Source of the DNA: Klebsormidium nitens
Lineage: Eukaryota; Plantae; Klebsormidiophyceae
Direction of reading: 5' to 3'
DNA length: 64,000 nucleotides
NCBI GenBank assembly: GCA_000708835.1
Contig: DF237267.1
Coordinates: forward strand, 39,284-103,283
Below the pieces are notes generated by a model. That model was given only the letters and a program-made list of their open reading frames with translations, did no database searches and was not told the origin of the DNA. Shown piece after piece: positions 49,701 to 61,747 of this stretch (positions are counted from its first letter, which is position 1; each line of letters begins with the position of its first letter). Position numbers and translations under genes: made by a program.

Positions 49701-52700
49701 CGGACTCTGGCTGCTTACTATTAACCTTGCTTCGAAGTTGTACCGAGCTCCAAAACTTGAAATATGAAGTTGAAAACGCTGGGACCTTTGAGTTACAGAT
49801 CCCGCACGCGGAGGGAGCCGAAATCTTACAGCGCGGCCGCACGCATGGCCGCTTGGTGATAGCGAATTTACGCTGCTTGGATTATGCTAATCTATTCCAG
49901 ACACTTCGAAGACGACCTTGCAGGCATTCCTCCGAAGAAGTATTAAGTCTGAGACAAAAGCCTCTAAACCCCGTGCAGATCTACCGCGTGAGCGTCGCGG
50001 CCGCGCCGATGGCCGCGTGGGTCAAAGCCAACGTCCAGTTCTCGGTCGTGCTCGAGAAAGTGAAACCTTTGGAGGATGATTTGGCGAGTCTTCAGGCGTC
50101 TTTGGACGCGTCAACCGCGCGAGTGAAGCAGTGCGAAGACGATCTGGCGTCGCTAGACGGGACGGTTGCGCGGCTGAAAGAGGAGTTCGCGCGGCGTACC
50201 GGCGAAGCGGAGGCGCTCAAGATTGGTCTGCAGCAGGTAAGAGAAGAAAGCGAAGATTCTTCAACATGCTGCTTTCTCATCGGCGACTGTTCTGAGTGGG
50301 CGAAATGGAGAGTTTCGAGAAGGGTTGAAATTTGGTGATATCGAGGAGCGGTGGAAAAGGGAGTCTTGAAGCAAGTATACCTGCAGATTGCAGGCTCGAG
50401 AGTTACCTAAGATTCATTCCGTAGGCGACTGTGTATTTGCCTTTTTTTAATGTTCTTGCTCAAGGACTGGCTCTGCTTGCCGGGTTGAAATTCGGCAAGC
50501 CACTTCGTCGCATCAGCCCGAGAGCCGCTTCTTCTCTATATCCCCATCCGCTTTTTGATCAGTTAAAAGAGGCTACGGAATCAGATGAAACGCCTTTGCT
50601 TGGCAGGCGAAAGACAAGCTGGCCGCAGCGGAGAGCCTGACTGAGAAACTAGGTGGCGAGAAAGTTCGCTGGGAGGCGCAGATTGGCGGCCTGGCAGGGC
50701 GGCTCCAGGAGCTTCCGCTCGAGGCGCTGCTCGCGGCCGCGTTCATGACGTACCTGCCGGGTCAGCCGGAGGACTTCAGGCGGCGGATGCTCGCCACGTG
50801 GCAGGTACGGCGCAGAGTTTGAGCTTCCGGACACAATCGCCTACTATTCAAGGCCTGTTCTTTCCTTTATCAAAGTGCAACGTGAGGTCACTTCTCTTCA
50901 GAGGGATGAGGGGAAGATTGCTGTCCGCGACTTTCTCTACGGGATGGTTTATGGCTTCGGTTGGATAGCGTAAAGGTACAACCTTTTCGGCCCATCATCC
51001 TTCGAACAGTACCCTCTCAATGTTCTGCTTCCTTGTTCTCCCGCTTGTAAGTATGCATCATGAGTTGAAATCTAGATGGCTTGCAACCTTATCCCCGACA
51101 CAATAATTTAGCTTCCGCTCCGGATCTTGTGCAGGATCTCGCAGGCGCGGCCAATTCACCGTCGGACGGTCCCGCTCTAGTTCCCGACTCCAAGGCTTTC
51201 GACTTCAAGCGGTACATGAGCACTGAAAGCGAGATGCTGACGTGGAAGGCAGAGGGCCTTCCGTCGGACGACCTTTCCGTCGAAAACGCGGTCGTTCTGC
51301 TGCACACCCAACAGGTTCCGCTGGTGATCGATCCGTCCGCCCAGGCGGCGGAATGGCTGCGGAAGCACCTGCGGGAGAAGGTGGCGTCGATGGAAGTGGT
51401 AAGCAATGAAGTAACCTGAGGATGAAGATGATTGGGTTTGATGAAAAGAGGAAGCAGAAAGCTAAGGGCATAGATTCTTGCTGGGAAACCCCATACTTCG
51501 AAGTTTCAAGGCAGCGAGTACGCGGAGAAGAGCGGAGCCGACAGCATCCATTCGGCTGAGAGTCAACTGAAGAGATTTGGTACCCGCTAGACTCGAAAGA
51601 TATTAAGCTTTTTTGAAATGTGGTCGTGCCTGTAACAGGCGGCATTTCTAGTTGTCAAAAACGCTCTGAAGATGTTCAACGCGTCTACTTCAGTGTTGAG
51701 CTCTCACTGGCCGATGCTCGTTGTCCCGCAAAAATATTCGCTTGCCGTCGCTCGAAACTCTTTGAAAAAAAAAAGAAATTGATGAACCTCCTTTCGGAGC
51801 CACAACTCCAAGCCTTCTCCTATCGCAGGTAGCGCAGCAAGACCCGCGGTTTACAACAACGCTGGAACTCGCCGTTCGCTTTGGAAAGACGCTTTTGGTA
51901 ACCGAGGTTGACGCGATCGAGCCGATGCTGTACCCGCTTCTACGGCGGGACGTCAGCCATAGTAACTCCCGGCTGACCGTGCAAATAGGGGACAAGAACG
52001 TGGACTACAACAAGGACTTCAGGTGAAGTGAAGCTTTCGGGTTTTCTGATTGGTATTTCGTCAGGAGCTTGAAGGCTAGCTTTAGGAGTCTGCTCACAAG
52101 AAGATGCCGCTGAGACATGAGGATTGCAGTCCCTGCTTACATGCTTCTGATTGCCTGGAAAGTTGGATGTGCTAGGCCTGATTTGCTGGAAATGATGTTT
52201 CTGGAGAGGATAGGTTCGAAGCTTCGGCGTCTGCTACTCAAAAGTCATTTACTCCACTTTAAATGCAAAGAGTTTCCTTTACTTGAGGTCGCCCAACCAC
52301 TATTCAGAAACTGTCTTTGATTCGGAGTCGACCAATGCGCAGTCAGATCCGCGATCGCAGCCGTACCCACGCTTTCTCTTCTTCTCTCTCAACCAACCCC
52401 TGCTTGCCACGTGTCCAGGCTCTTCCTGGTGACGCGCGACCCTGGCCTGAGCATTCCGCCGGACGCGGTGTCGCTCATTCTGCGCACCAACTTTACGGTC
52501 ACGCGATCGGGACTGGAGGGACAGTTGCTGGGGTTGACAATTCAGAGCGAACAACCAGAACTGGAGAATAAGCGGAGCACACTACTCAAAGTAAGTCCGA
52601 ATAACTCCTTACATTTCTTCGGGATGTAGGGTTATAGGGGTTTTCACGTTCAGTGCACGGTTGTCAGGTTCAGTGCACAGGTTCATATTAACGGTCAGTC

Positions 52701-55700
52701 GCTCGGGGTCGGAGAGACAAATACTGGGTCTAGCCAACTAGAGCGAGCAGCCGGAGCAGGAGAATAAGCGGAGCACGCTTCTCAAGGTAAGCTCCACGCA
52801 GTCCCTAGGGTTTTAGATCCAGGTTTTGTGATTTTGGAGACTCCAGCGCACCGACTTTGCGGTCACGCGTTCCGGACTGGAACGACAGCTGCTAGGGCTG
52901 ACCATCCAAAGCAAACAGCCAAAAGTGGAGACTAAGGGGAGCACGCTACTCAAGGTAAGCTCCACGCAGGTTTTAGAACCGTAGGGTTCTTGGTTTTAGG
53001 GTTTTGGGGTTTTGAGATTTCTGGGCGCCGACAATATGGTTACGCGCGCGGGGTCGGACGGGCAGGTACTGGGGCTGACCGTCCCAAGCGAACAGCCGGA
53101 ACAGGAGAAAAGGCGGAGTCCAGGGAAGCCGAGTTATACCTGAGGATCACCACGATTCTGCTAGGGCTCTCATCCAGGTCTTGACCGCACCATCTTTTCA
53201 TCTTCGTCGCAGACTGGCGAGGAGATGCGGGTCCAGTTGGCGTCTCTAGAGAAGCAGCTGCTGGAAGAGCTCGCGACTTCCCAGGGGAACATCCTGGACA
53301 ACCGGGCGCTAGTCGCGTCGCTCAACGAAACCAAGGCCAAGAGCACAACCGTCGCGGCGTCCCTGCTCGAGTCACAGGCACTTCAGGTGAGGGCCTCAAA
53401 CCCCCCCGTCAGGTCTCTTTTGAAAGCGTCTGTGACTTCGAAATGCCCAGGAAGCGAAAGAAAAGGACGCGCGTCTTCGTCACAAGCGTTATGTCCTGTA
53501 TCCATTGTCTGCTCGCGTGCATAGAAGATATGGAAGTTGGAGCCTGAAGAGCATGAAGCTTACAAACCTCAAGGTGGCTAAACAAGAAACAAAACCAAAA
53601 GCAGACTTCGGACAGCTTTCACTGCGAGAAAGCTCCTCGAACCCGTTCTCTGGTTCGTCCATTGTTCTCGTTGCCTCAGTTCTCAAACCATATGTCTCAC
53701 TTCGTTGGCCCTTCTCCCCACATTTTCCTGACGCTTTCCATGTTCCGTTCTTCTATAGCGGTCCCTCGACGCCCGGCGAGAAACCTACCGGCCACTCGCA
53801 GTCAGCGGTAGCCGACTCTATTTCCTCCTCAAGTCCCTTCCCGGTCTGAACCGGATGTACCATTTCAGTCTTTCCGCTTTCCTCCGGCTCTTCAAGAGCG
53901 TGCTAAGCCGGAAAAGCGCGGAGCCCGGAACGGAAGAGACGGACGGAACGGATCTGGTCGTGGATGGGCGGATCGCGGAATTGATGGACGGGCTGATCCA
54001 GACGGTGTTTGGACACGTGACGCGGTCCCTGTTTAAGGCGGATCGACTGACATTCGGCCTGCACTTAGCTCAGGTGAGCTTTAATCCTTGAATTTGCGTC
54101 GAACTTGATAGTTGGAGCGCTTAGACGCACTCTGATGTCCTCACTATCCAATCCTCGGACTGAAGCAGAATTTTCGTTTTGCCGGAACGTGCAAAATGCA
54201 TTGCTGTGGACGGAGCAGCGCGCAATTTGTACTCTTAACGTCATAGCATCTGCCCAGTTTCATAAAAACTTTGAAAAGAAAAAGCTTAGACGTACACGGG
54301 ACTGCATTATTACTTTCTTTTGTTCTGCCCAGCGCGAGAGCGACACAGTGGCATCTTTACAACTCGCTTCAAAAGCAGCCCGCACGAAAAGCTTCTATCT
54401 GGAGGCGCCTCGCTCCAAAATCTGATTGCAAAACCCAACTGGGCTGTGTCCGCGGTACAGGCCCTCCGACCGTGCGCCGCTGCGGAGTTGCAGCTGTTCA
54501 CCGGGCAGTCAGTGCTTCCCCCGGGCGTGCTCGGAGCGGAGCCGCTGTCTTGGGTTTCCGACAGCTGCCGAGCTTCTTTCAACGCCTTCCAGGTAAACAG
54601 GAAACGCCCGATCAGGGCATGTTAGTCAAGAGAGAGGCAGATTCAAGCCCTCAAACAAAGCACTGAATCTTCTGCGCGTATGTTCTCTATGTATTTGCCG
54701 GAAGCTCTTTCAGTGCGCGGCGAGGACTGCTTGCGCGCTCGAAAAGCGAAGCTCTTACTCTGAACCCATCGCTCGTATGCCTTTCATTTCTTGGTGCTTT
54801 GGTTGCTGTAAGACGAGTCTGCATCAAATTCTTAGAAGTGCAGTGTAGCCGAACGTGCATCCACCCCTCCTTTTGCAATTGGCCCTCCACATTCTTAAGC
54901 AAAGTCTAATCCTGATTTATGAAATAGGCCTTGACAGATATCTCCGTGCATATCCAGGCCACCCTGCCTCCCATCGCCCAAAACCTGGACTTCCAGAACA
55001 AGTCGAAGTGGTCCGCTTGGATGAGCAACGCTTCGGCCGAGACCGACTTCCCGCCACACGCGCTACCAATCACCACGCCCTTCCAGCGCCTTCTGCTGAT
55101 ACAGGTGCAGATCTTTGGTTTTGGTTGACCGACAAGAGTCTCGCGGTTTACTGCTGCCAGTCAAAGCATGCCCTCTGTGCTTTTGGGCCGAAAATTGTGC
55201 TTTTTAAACACTAGGGCAGGCGGTTCTTTCATGAATAACCCTTTGCACTTTCGGTCCCAGTCGTTTTTGCACTTCAACTGCAACGGAAAGATTGGCACTG
55301 GAAGGCGCTGCCTTGCTGCCCAGACGCAGTTCTCTTCATAACCCTACCTGTATTGACGACTGCCACAGGCGCTCCGCCCGGACCGGTTAGAGAGCGGCAT
55401 GGAGCTGTACGTGCGGTCCGTGCTGGGGCTGGCCAGCACGTCGCCAGAACCGTTCAGCCTGGGCAAGCTGCACCAGGAAACGACTGCGAAAGGTATGCAC
55501 ATTTTGAAATCAGGGTCTAGGGTTAGGTTCTAGGACTGGGTTACAAGACTAATTCATCAGCTTGCCTCTCGCACCCGAAATCCTGGGCATTTGCATCGGG
55601 AGAGACGTACCCGGTGAATATCTGCGGCGCGGGATTTGATTAAGAATACCCACCGAATCAGATGCAATTGACGTTAATCGTAAATGCATTCAATCAATGT

Positions 55701-58700
55701 AAAGCGGTAGGTCTAGCAACTGCGTAGATTAAAGGCGAGACTTTGTTAGGAGTACTTTCGACGGGTTGTGGTTAAGCAGCGGCCTAACAACCGACTAACC
55801 TCCTCGTAAAGCCCCTCCTGCGGAATCCTCGTGCTTCTTGCTTCATGCTTCTTCCATCCCCTTCTCTGTCGCTTCCACCACTGTCTGATCTGCGGAACAT
55901 TCTCTTCTTCATTCTATCTCTTGGCCTCTTTTCTTCATCCCCCCTTCTTCCTTGCCCTCAAAGCATCCAATTCTTCTCATTCTGAGTACTCGCGTTTCCC
56001 TCTCTTTTCCCAGAACCCGTCATTTTCATCACCAGCCCCGGCGCCGACCCCAGTCAGGAACTGGAGGAGTTCGCCGCGCGCGCGGTCGGCCCCGCGCGTT
56101 TCCGCCAGCTGGCCATGGGCCAGGGCCAGTCAGAAATTGCGCTCGCCATGCTCAAAGAAGCCGCGCGCGCGGGAGATTGGGTGTGCTTTAAGAATCTCCA
56201 TCTAGTTGTGACGTGGCTGCCCGCACTGGAGAAAGAGATTCACGGGTTGGACGCGCATCCGGACTTCCGGCTTTGGCTGACCAGGTGGGGTAACTCAATT
56301 TTTAACGCTGTGCTTGTTTGGAGGCTCGGCTCGAAAAGCGGGTTTCAAGGGCAAGGATTTGGAGCATCTAATCCCTTCTGGTCGTGTCAGTGCAACCCTC
56401 TCTTCGTGTTTTCGCGAAGAGATCAGCGTGGTAGCTCTTTATAGCTCTCCTCCTGCAAGTGACAAAATTTCCGTACCCTGAACCAGCCGCCCGCTTGAGC
56501 GCTTTTGGGGCCCTGAAGGGTAGGTATTCATAAATTGATCATCTATTTTGACCAGATTTAGACCCTGTTGGACCACAAGAATTTGCAGGTCGTTCCGTTT
56601 TTCCCGGGCAGCTAACCGTACGACCGCTGCCCTCAAGAGTTTGCTCACGGCATCCCTCAAGATAGAGTACAAGGCTTCTTTTAAGACAAGAAGAGAAAGA
56701 AATCTACATTCTTCCATCAAGCTAACCTGACCGGACCCTCAGCTAACTCGTTTCCATTCCGGGCGGCAAGGCATGGCCGCTTCAATTACAAGCCTCCCGA
56801 CGGCGTCCCTCAATGTTACATACAAGCAAAGTGGCATTGATAAATGCATCAAACCAATCCCTTCAACAAACGATTTCTCAATCGCATCCCAGACTCTATT
56901 CTTCCCTCTAGGCCTTTCGAATGTGTCGGTCAAGGTGACGGACGAGAACGTCTTACTGTCAAACCCTCAAGGTAAAGACCTTCCGATTCCGGGTTGTCCA
57001 AAACCGGTGCTGACCTGATCGCTTTCCCCGATCAGCGAGCCGCACGACCGCTTCCCCCCGAGTCTGCTGATGGCGTCACTCAAGGTGACGTACGAGGCGC
57101 CCCCCGGGCTCAAGAAGAATCTCCTGCGGACGTACGAAGCTTGGACGTCCGATTTCGTTGCGGACGGCGGAAGCACCGTCCGAGCGCAGCTGCTGTTCTT
57201 GCTGGCATGGTTCCATGCGATTGTGCAGGAGCGGCGGACGTTTGTGCCCCAGGTGAGGGTTGGCAAGCTTTAAGTTCGGGTTGAGGGTGAGGTGTCAATT
57301 GCGTGTGGATCGGTTTCTGGCAATGGTTTCAGCTTGAGGTTCACGAAGGGATTGTGGGTTGAGAACAAGAAAACGTTATTTAGTCGCGGTTGTTCGGGTC
57401 AGGGCAATTCAAAGGGCGGAGGCTGCAGCTAGTCTCAGGAAAGTTAGCACCTATGGTTGTATCCAATACCAGGGGCTAGGCTCTTTCTAGTACTGCGAAT
57501 AAAGTCCTTCTAGTCTAGCTAAGGCGCTTAGCTGGACCTCTGGTTGGTCGCCCTTGTATCCATTATCTCCTTTCTCTGAACCCCTCAAGCAAAGTGTACC
57601 GCTATATAGCAACGAGATGAGCAGCTTGAATCTTGCTGAAGGGAATCGTGAAATAACAACTCATCTTAAGGACGCCAACCTAGCTTTCCCAACGCGCAGG
57701 GCTGGAGCAAATTCTACGAGTTCAGCTTTGCCGACCTCCGCTCGGGGGCGGACATCGTCAGCATCGCAGTGAACCAAGCCCCCCCGAAAGGTCCAATCCC
57801 GTGGGAGTTCCTCCGAGGCTTACTCGAAAACGCAATCTATGGGGGACGCATCGACAACCGGTTCGACGTCCAAGTGTTGCGCGCGTATTTACACCAGTTC
57901 TTCCACGAGGGGATGCTGGCTGGGCCGGGCCAGCGGTTCGTACCGGGCACGAAAGGGGTGCTGGTGCCGGGGTCTTTGAAGCACGGGGAGTTTGTCGAAG
58001 TGCTCGGGGGACTGCCGGATGGTGACGCCCCGGCGCTTTTTGGGCTGCCGGCGAACATCGAGCGGAACGTGCAACAAACGAACAGGTGAGAAGGGAGGTT
58101 CTCCAAGCTCGTCACTTGCTGACGGGGTTGTGAAGGCAAGGCAGTAGGACCTTTCTTTTAGACGCAATGAAGGAAATGACTGCTAGTCGAGTTCGCTGTG
58201 CTTTGCACATCGTTTCGATGGCGTTTTATTCCAGTCTTCCGAGGCTTTGAGGATCGAACAAGCCATGCAAAAACTCTTCTTGTTAGCTTCAATCCACTAC
58301 CAAATCTGACAGGAAAGACTTGCAGCTCGGAAGCTGATTCGTGTCGCCTGCCTTACCCGCCACAGAATAATCCTTGAGAACAAGGTTTCAAAACCCAGCA
58401 AAATGACCGCTTAGATCACGCACAACAAACGTAAACCAGGACTTTCCTTTTTGTTGCAGCGCCAATGTTGTGGCCCAGTTGAAGATGCTGTCCTTCGCGT
58501 CGCCCGAAACGGCGACCGGGGAGTTCGACCGGGGCAGGTGGTCCGAGCAGCTCAGGCCCGTCATCGAGCTGTGGGACCGACTGCTGGGAGAGCTCGGGGG
58601 TCTGGACCGGGTGTGCAGGTGAGCTCGTACTGCCAAGAAGTTGGTCTTAAAGTCTGATGACTTATGTACTTTTGGGAGCGCTCCGCACGAGAATGAAAAC

Positions 58701-61173
58701 ATGCTTCCTCTCCTGGTGTGATATGTGAAGATTTGAGAGCCGATAGAACAACGCCGATAAGCCGTTATCGGCTTTGCTTTGGCTGCCAATCATGTGCGCT
58801 GTGCCCTAAAGAGGATTGACAAGTCACCAGTTTGTTTGGTTGGATTTCGTTTTGTCTGCCGGTAAATCGCCCCGTTCTCGAGCGGCTCTGAGTATCCGTT
58901 CTAGCGGCAGCTTCTTCTTCCTCGCCTCTTTTGTTCTGATACTAACAGAGACCCACTCACAACGTTACAAAACCGTATCTGTTACGCTGCTTCTTGCTTA
59001 TACAATACCAGCAAACAGGTGATAAGACCAACGTCTAAATTCGACCTTCTTCACCTTCAGAGTCGAGCAAGAGCCCGAGGACGCCACCCCGACCGAGTCC
59101 GCCATCTTCCGGGAAAGCCAGCTGGCAGCTTCACTTGTCAGAGCGATCTCGAACATCCTCGGGGGAATCCACCGGGCGCTCTCGGGGCAGGGCTTGCTCT
59201 CTCCCGACGCTCTAACGTCCTGCAAGGCGCTGCTCGGTAGTACTGTCCCGAGCTCTTGGGACCGCCTTTGGGAGGTGAGACAAAGGTTTCTATAGACACC
59301 TGCAATGAAGATCCTGGAGGTTATAACATCTCTGCTTGCGTCGGCGGCGTGTAAGCTGGCAAGCCTTGTCCTCAGAAAAGAGCCATTGACGGTGCCGGGG
59401 AAATTATCCGCGGATTCATACTGATCTTGTCTTATAGAGGTCGCTTGTCAGCTTCCCTACGAAACCGTTTTTTGACTGCGGCTAAGAGGTGAGAAGCTAT
59501 AGCGGAACTGATGAGCTCAAAGAAACCACCTGATTCTGGATCTTTTGCACGTATACCCCCTGAAAATTCGGTCTTCCACCTTATCCTTCTTTCTACAATA
59601 TTGTTCCATCTACGGGTGTAGCCAAAACAATGCGCGTTTTCAAGGAAACCAGCAGTCTGTTCTGTTCCGTCTCATTGATCAAATTGCTCGCTTGTCTTTA
59701 CAGGGCCCTGAGGAGCCCTCCGCGTACCTCCAAGCGCTTTTCTCGCGCGTGGCCGCGCAGCCGGCGCTCCGGGCTGCCGCAAAATCCGGAAGTCTTCCCT
59801 CCAGAGGGAGCTCTCTAGATCTTAGCCATCTGTTCAGTCCCGAGACCTTTCTGAATGCGCTCCGACAGCAGACCGCTAGGCGGCGGAACATGGCCATGGA
59901 CGAGATGAAGCTGGCCACCGCGTGGAATTCGGAGCTTTTGGGCGACGCGGCCGCAGACGCGCTGCAGGTGCGTGTCGCCCTTTTGGGTCCATTCCATTGC
60001 TTGCCTTCTTGCTGTTCGAGGAAGCACAAGAGGGGCTGACTCTAATTTTCTGGATAAAAGGAAGGTGCGACTTGGATAGAATGGCCTTCGAGAAGTCTTG
60101 GATACCTTCTGAGGAAGTATTGCCGCAGAATCGATCTCTGTGCTGACGCATGGTGATCATTGAAGTCTGCAAACTCTCCTCTTTGGGTCTCTTTCCGGAA
60201 TCCGGACCCCTTCAGAACCCGGTTTCTCAGTCAGAAAATGTCTGTCTTTCCGATTTGGAAATCGGAGCACTTTCTTGACCGCGTCCTCTGTTTCCTAAAG
60301 CGCATTGCTTACACGGTCCTTCTTCCGGTCACACGATTCGAATGACAAGGCCACGTCCAGTAGAATCAGCAAAGCAAGCCATTCCGCCAGCATATCCGAT
60401 ATCGAAGCTTCTTGTCTCTGTGCAGGTGACGTCACTGCTGATCCAAGGAGCCTCCTTCGACGGAAAGAAACTGGCTGACGTCGCCCATGACGCACCATTT
60501 GCCCAGACGATGCCTACGGTCTACATGGCATGGATCGCGAAGGTGGGCGGCGCTGAATTACAAGCCCTGGATTTCATAACTCGATTCTGTCTCAAAGGCT
60601 GCTCGTGGGTTTATTGTTCAGGATCCTGCTCCGCTCTGCTATGTTGTTGGAAGGACTGCATGAAGCCCGCCGCTGCATGGGTGAATGGCTTCGTTTTTTC
60701 GGTACTAGGCCCTACATCAATAAAGAGAAGATACTTGGTTCTGAAGGGCATGGGAAGCACCTATCCCTTGTCGTCGGTTCTGGGTTTTAGGAAATTTGCT
60801 ACTCAGACCACGTAGATTTTATTCCCTCAACTCCTTATTTTTCGTTGCGCCCAATGTCATACTATAATCCCGAGCCTGACACTATGAGCAGCAAATAGAT
60901 TTTGCACTTGGAAGCTTTCCCAAATCATGCACATATCCAGGTTATGGACCAACGAGTGCTCGTCGAAATCAGCTCACAAGTCGCACTTGCACTGACACGT
61001 CCGTATTCGCCGCGCAGGGATCGCCGTACCCGTACAAGGAACACCTGGCAATTCCGCTGTACAACGACCTGGGCCGGACGCGCTTCTTGTCCGAGCTACA
61101 GCTGCCCCTCGCCAAGGCGTCCGAAAGGGACCGCTGGATATTGACTGGGCTCGCAGCATTTGTACAAGGTTGA
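25772..61173 (+). CDS. DYNC2H1: Cytoplasmic dynein-2 heavy chain (IFT dynein, DHC1b orthologue)
   Basis: 52 phase-consistent exons, 12,999 nt: 25772-25915, 26333-26389, 26735-26968, 27478-27735, 28045-28464, 28836-29123, 29433-29533, 30082-30184, 30463-30554, 30898-31039, 31469-31543, 31843-32061, 32369-32602, 32979-33145, 33530-33628, 34206-34350, 34804-35061, 35376-37025, 37482-37658, 38136-38504, 39070-39228, 39855-40049, 40520-40705, 41123-41413, 41921-42100, 42728-43006, 43431-44180, 44723-45012, 45360-45612, 46155-46361, 46844-47077, 47501-47719, 48280-48501, 48815-49354, 49979-50236, 50607-50804, 51135-51398, 51829-52022, 52419-52590, 53213-53386, 53759-54073, 54461-54592, 54958-55104, 55369-55492, 56014-56284, 57036-57252, 57700-58085, 58460-58618, 59061-59274, 59704-59967, 60426-60542, 61018-61173. 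P-loops AAA1 [11 protein letters not shown]2 GPSGTGKT, AAA3 GPEGAGKT, and the dynein-2-type AAA4 GRSGVGRR; CFDEFNRL; stalk [10 protein letters not shown]-like [19 protein letters not shown]. Confidence 0.95.
26969..27477 (+). other. GC-AG intron 3 of the dynein gene
   Basis: TTG CAG|GCGAGC...TTGCAG|GAC gives the in-frame junction CDKHLQ|DLLVELESG. Confidence 0.75.
31121..31163 (+). repeat. Intronic copy of dynein exon 10 3' end plus donor
   Basis: 34/38 nt identical to 31002-31039, followed by GTCAG. Confidence 0.9.
32145..32217 (+). repeat. Intronic copy of an internal part of dynein exon 12
   Basis: Translates [23 protein letters not shown] versus exon [23 protein letters not shown]. Confidence 0.9.
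39322..39550 (+). repeat. Two intronic copies of dynein exon 21 3' end plus donor
   Basis: 39322-39381 and 39486-39544 copy 39169-39228; each ends attcag|GTGGGCT. Confidence 0.9.
40369..40452 (+). repeat. Intronic copy of dynein exon 23 acceptor plus 5' end
   Basis: ctctacag|gtgactttgacctcggaacg...ttcaggacgccaaatcgctggg...ctcttctctctgg parallels ctcacag|gtgaacctcatatcggagggattccaggacgccaagaccctcgg...cttttctccctgg, with indels. Confidence 0.8.
44538..44633 (+). repeat. Intronic copy of dynein exon 28 acceptor plus 5' end
   Basis: gcag|[24 protein letters not shown] aligns without gaps to gcag|[24 protein letters not shown], then reaches TGA at 44631. Confidence 0.8.
46709..46794 (+). repeat. 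Intronic copy of dynein exon 31 acceptor plus 5' end
   Basis: gcag|gtagattacatgcatcgcatggaacttgtc... parallels ccag|gtggcatacatgcaccacatggacctcgtc...; frameshifted by deletions. Confidence 0.9.
47765..47964 (+). repeat. Two intronic copies of dynein exon 32 3' end plus donor
   Basis: 47765-47838|GTAAGG and 47887-47958|GTTGGC copy ...aaccccgcgctctttgccagctgcgcg...gagcgtatgcgg|GTAAGC. Confidence 0.9.
52690..53125 (+). repeat. Three intronic copies of dynein exon 39 3' part
   Basis: About 52691-52786|GTAAGC (internal TAG), 52847-52954|GTAAGC (open frame), and about 53030-53125 (most degenerate), all copying 52483-52590. Confidence 0.9.
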
Positions 61174-61747
61174 AATAAGGTATACGCGGATTCGATTATA
61201 CAGTGTTATGTTCGTGATGAGATAGTTCGATCAGAGTAAGAAAAGGTAAATTACTGCCTGAAGTATTCAAAGACTGGCGGGGTGCGTGTAAGCCGCAGAT
61301 CGAGCCAGCTTGTATCTTGATAAAAGATGATCGTACTAACTCTAGAGCTTGGATGACGTGTTGCGGAACACGCTGAACAAAGTGGGGCAGTGATAAATGT
61401 AACTTGGAAAGACCTCGCTCAAACTCATATTGAGCTATGTCAGCATTTTTATCCCAATCCAGTTCATGAAAGAAAGCCGTGCCCCTGAGATTATGCAGCT
61501 AAGGAGGTCCTGCTTTGTATACCCGGGGACCTTACGATGCCTAGTCACTCAACGTTATTCGCGAGAGATCAGCCATGTACAGCAAACCACAGCAATAACT
61601 TACTGACGCGCGCTACAATCTCCTGGCGCCGTAACGTTCATGGGCCCCGCGTGGCACGTTTAACACTACAAGCTACGACTCGACCAAACGTGATTGATAG
61701 TCTTGGACATTAGCCTAGCATCTAATTCTATGCGGGCAATTCGGATG

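Noticed and set aside
3339-53001. Exact TTTTAGGG telomere-type octamers (about 3341, 7199, 52994)
   Set aside because: Isolated single copies, near the roughly two expected by chance on both strands of 64 kb; no array.
39169-53125. Repeat-spacer-like appearance of the multi-copy echoes (CRISPR-like)
   Set aside because: Units are degenerate copies of coding exons in eukaryotic introns, with irregular spacing and no cas genes.
25571-61159. Numerous antisense and alternate-frame ORFs of 60-250 aa over dynein exons (e.g. 35840-36469, 47470-48219, 27869-28309)
   Set aside because: Shadows of GC-rich coding exons; no independent motifs or splice chains.
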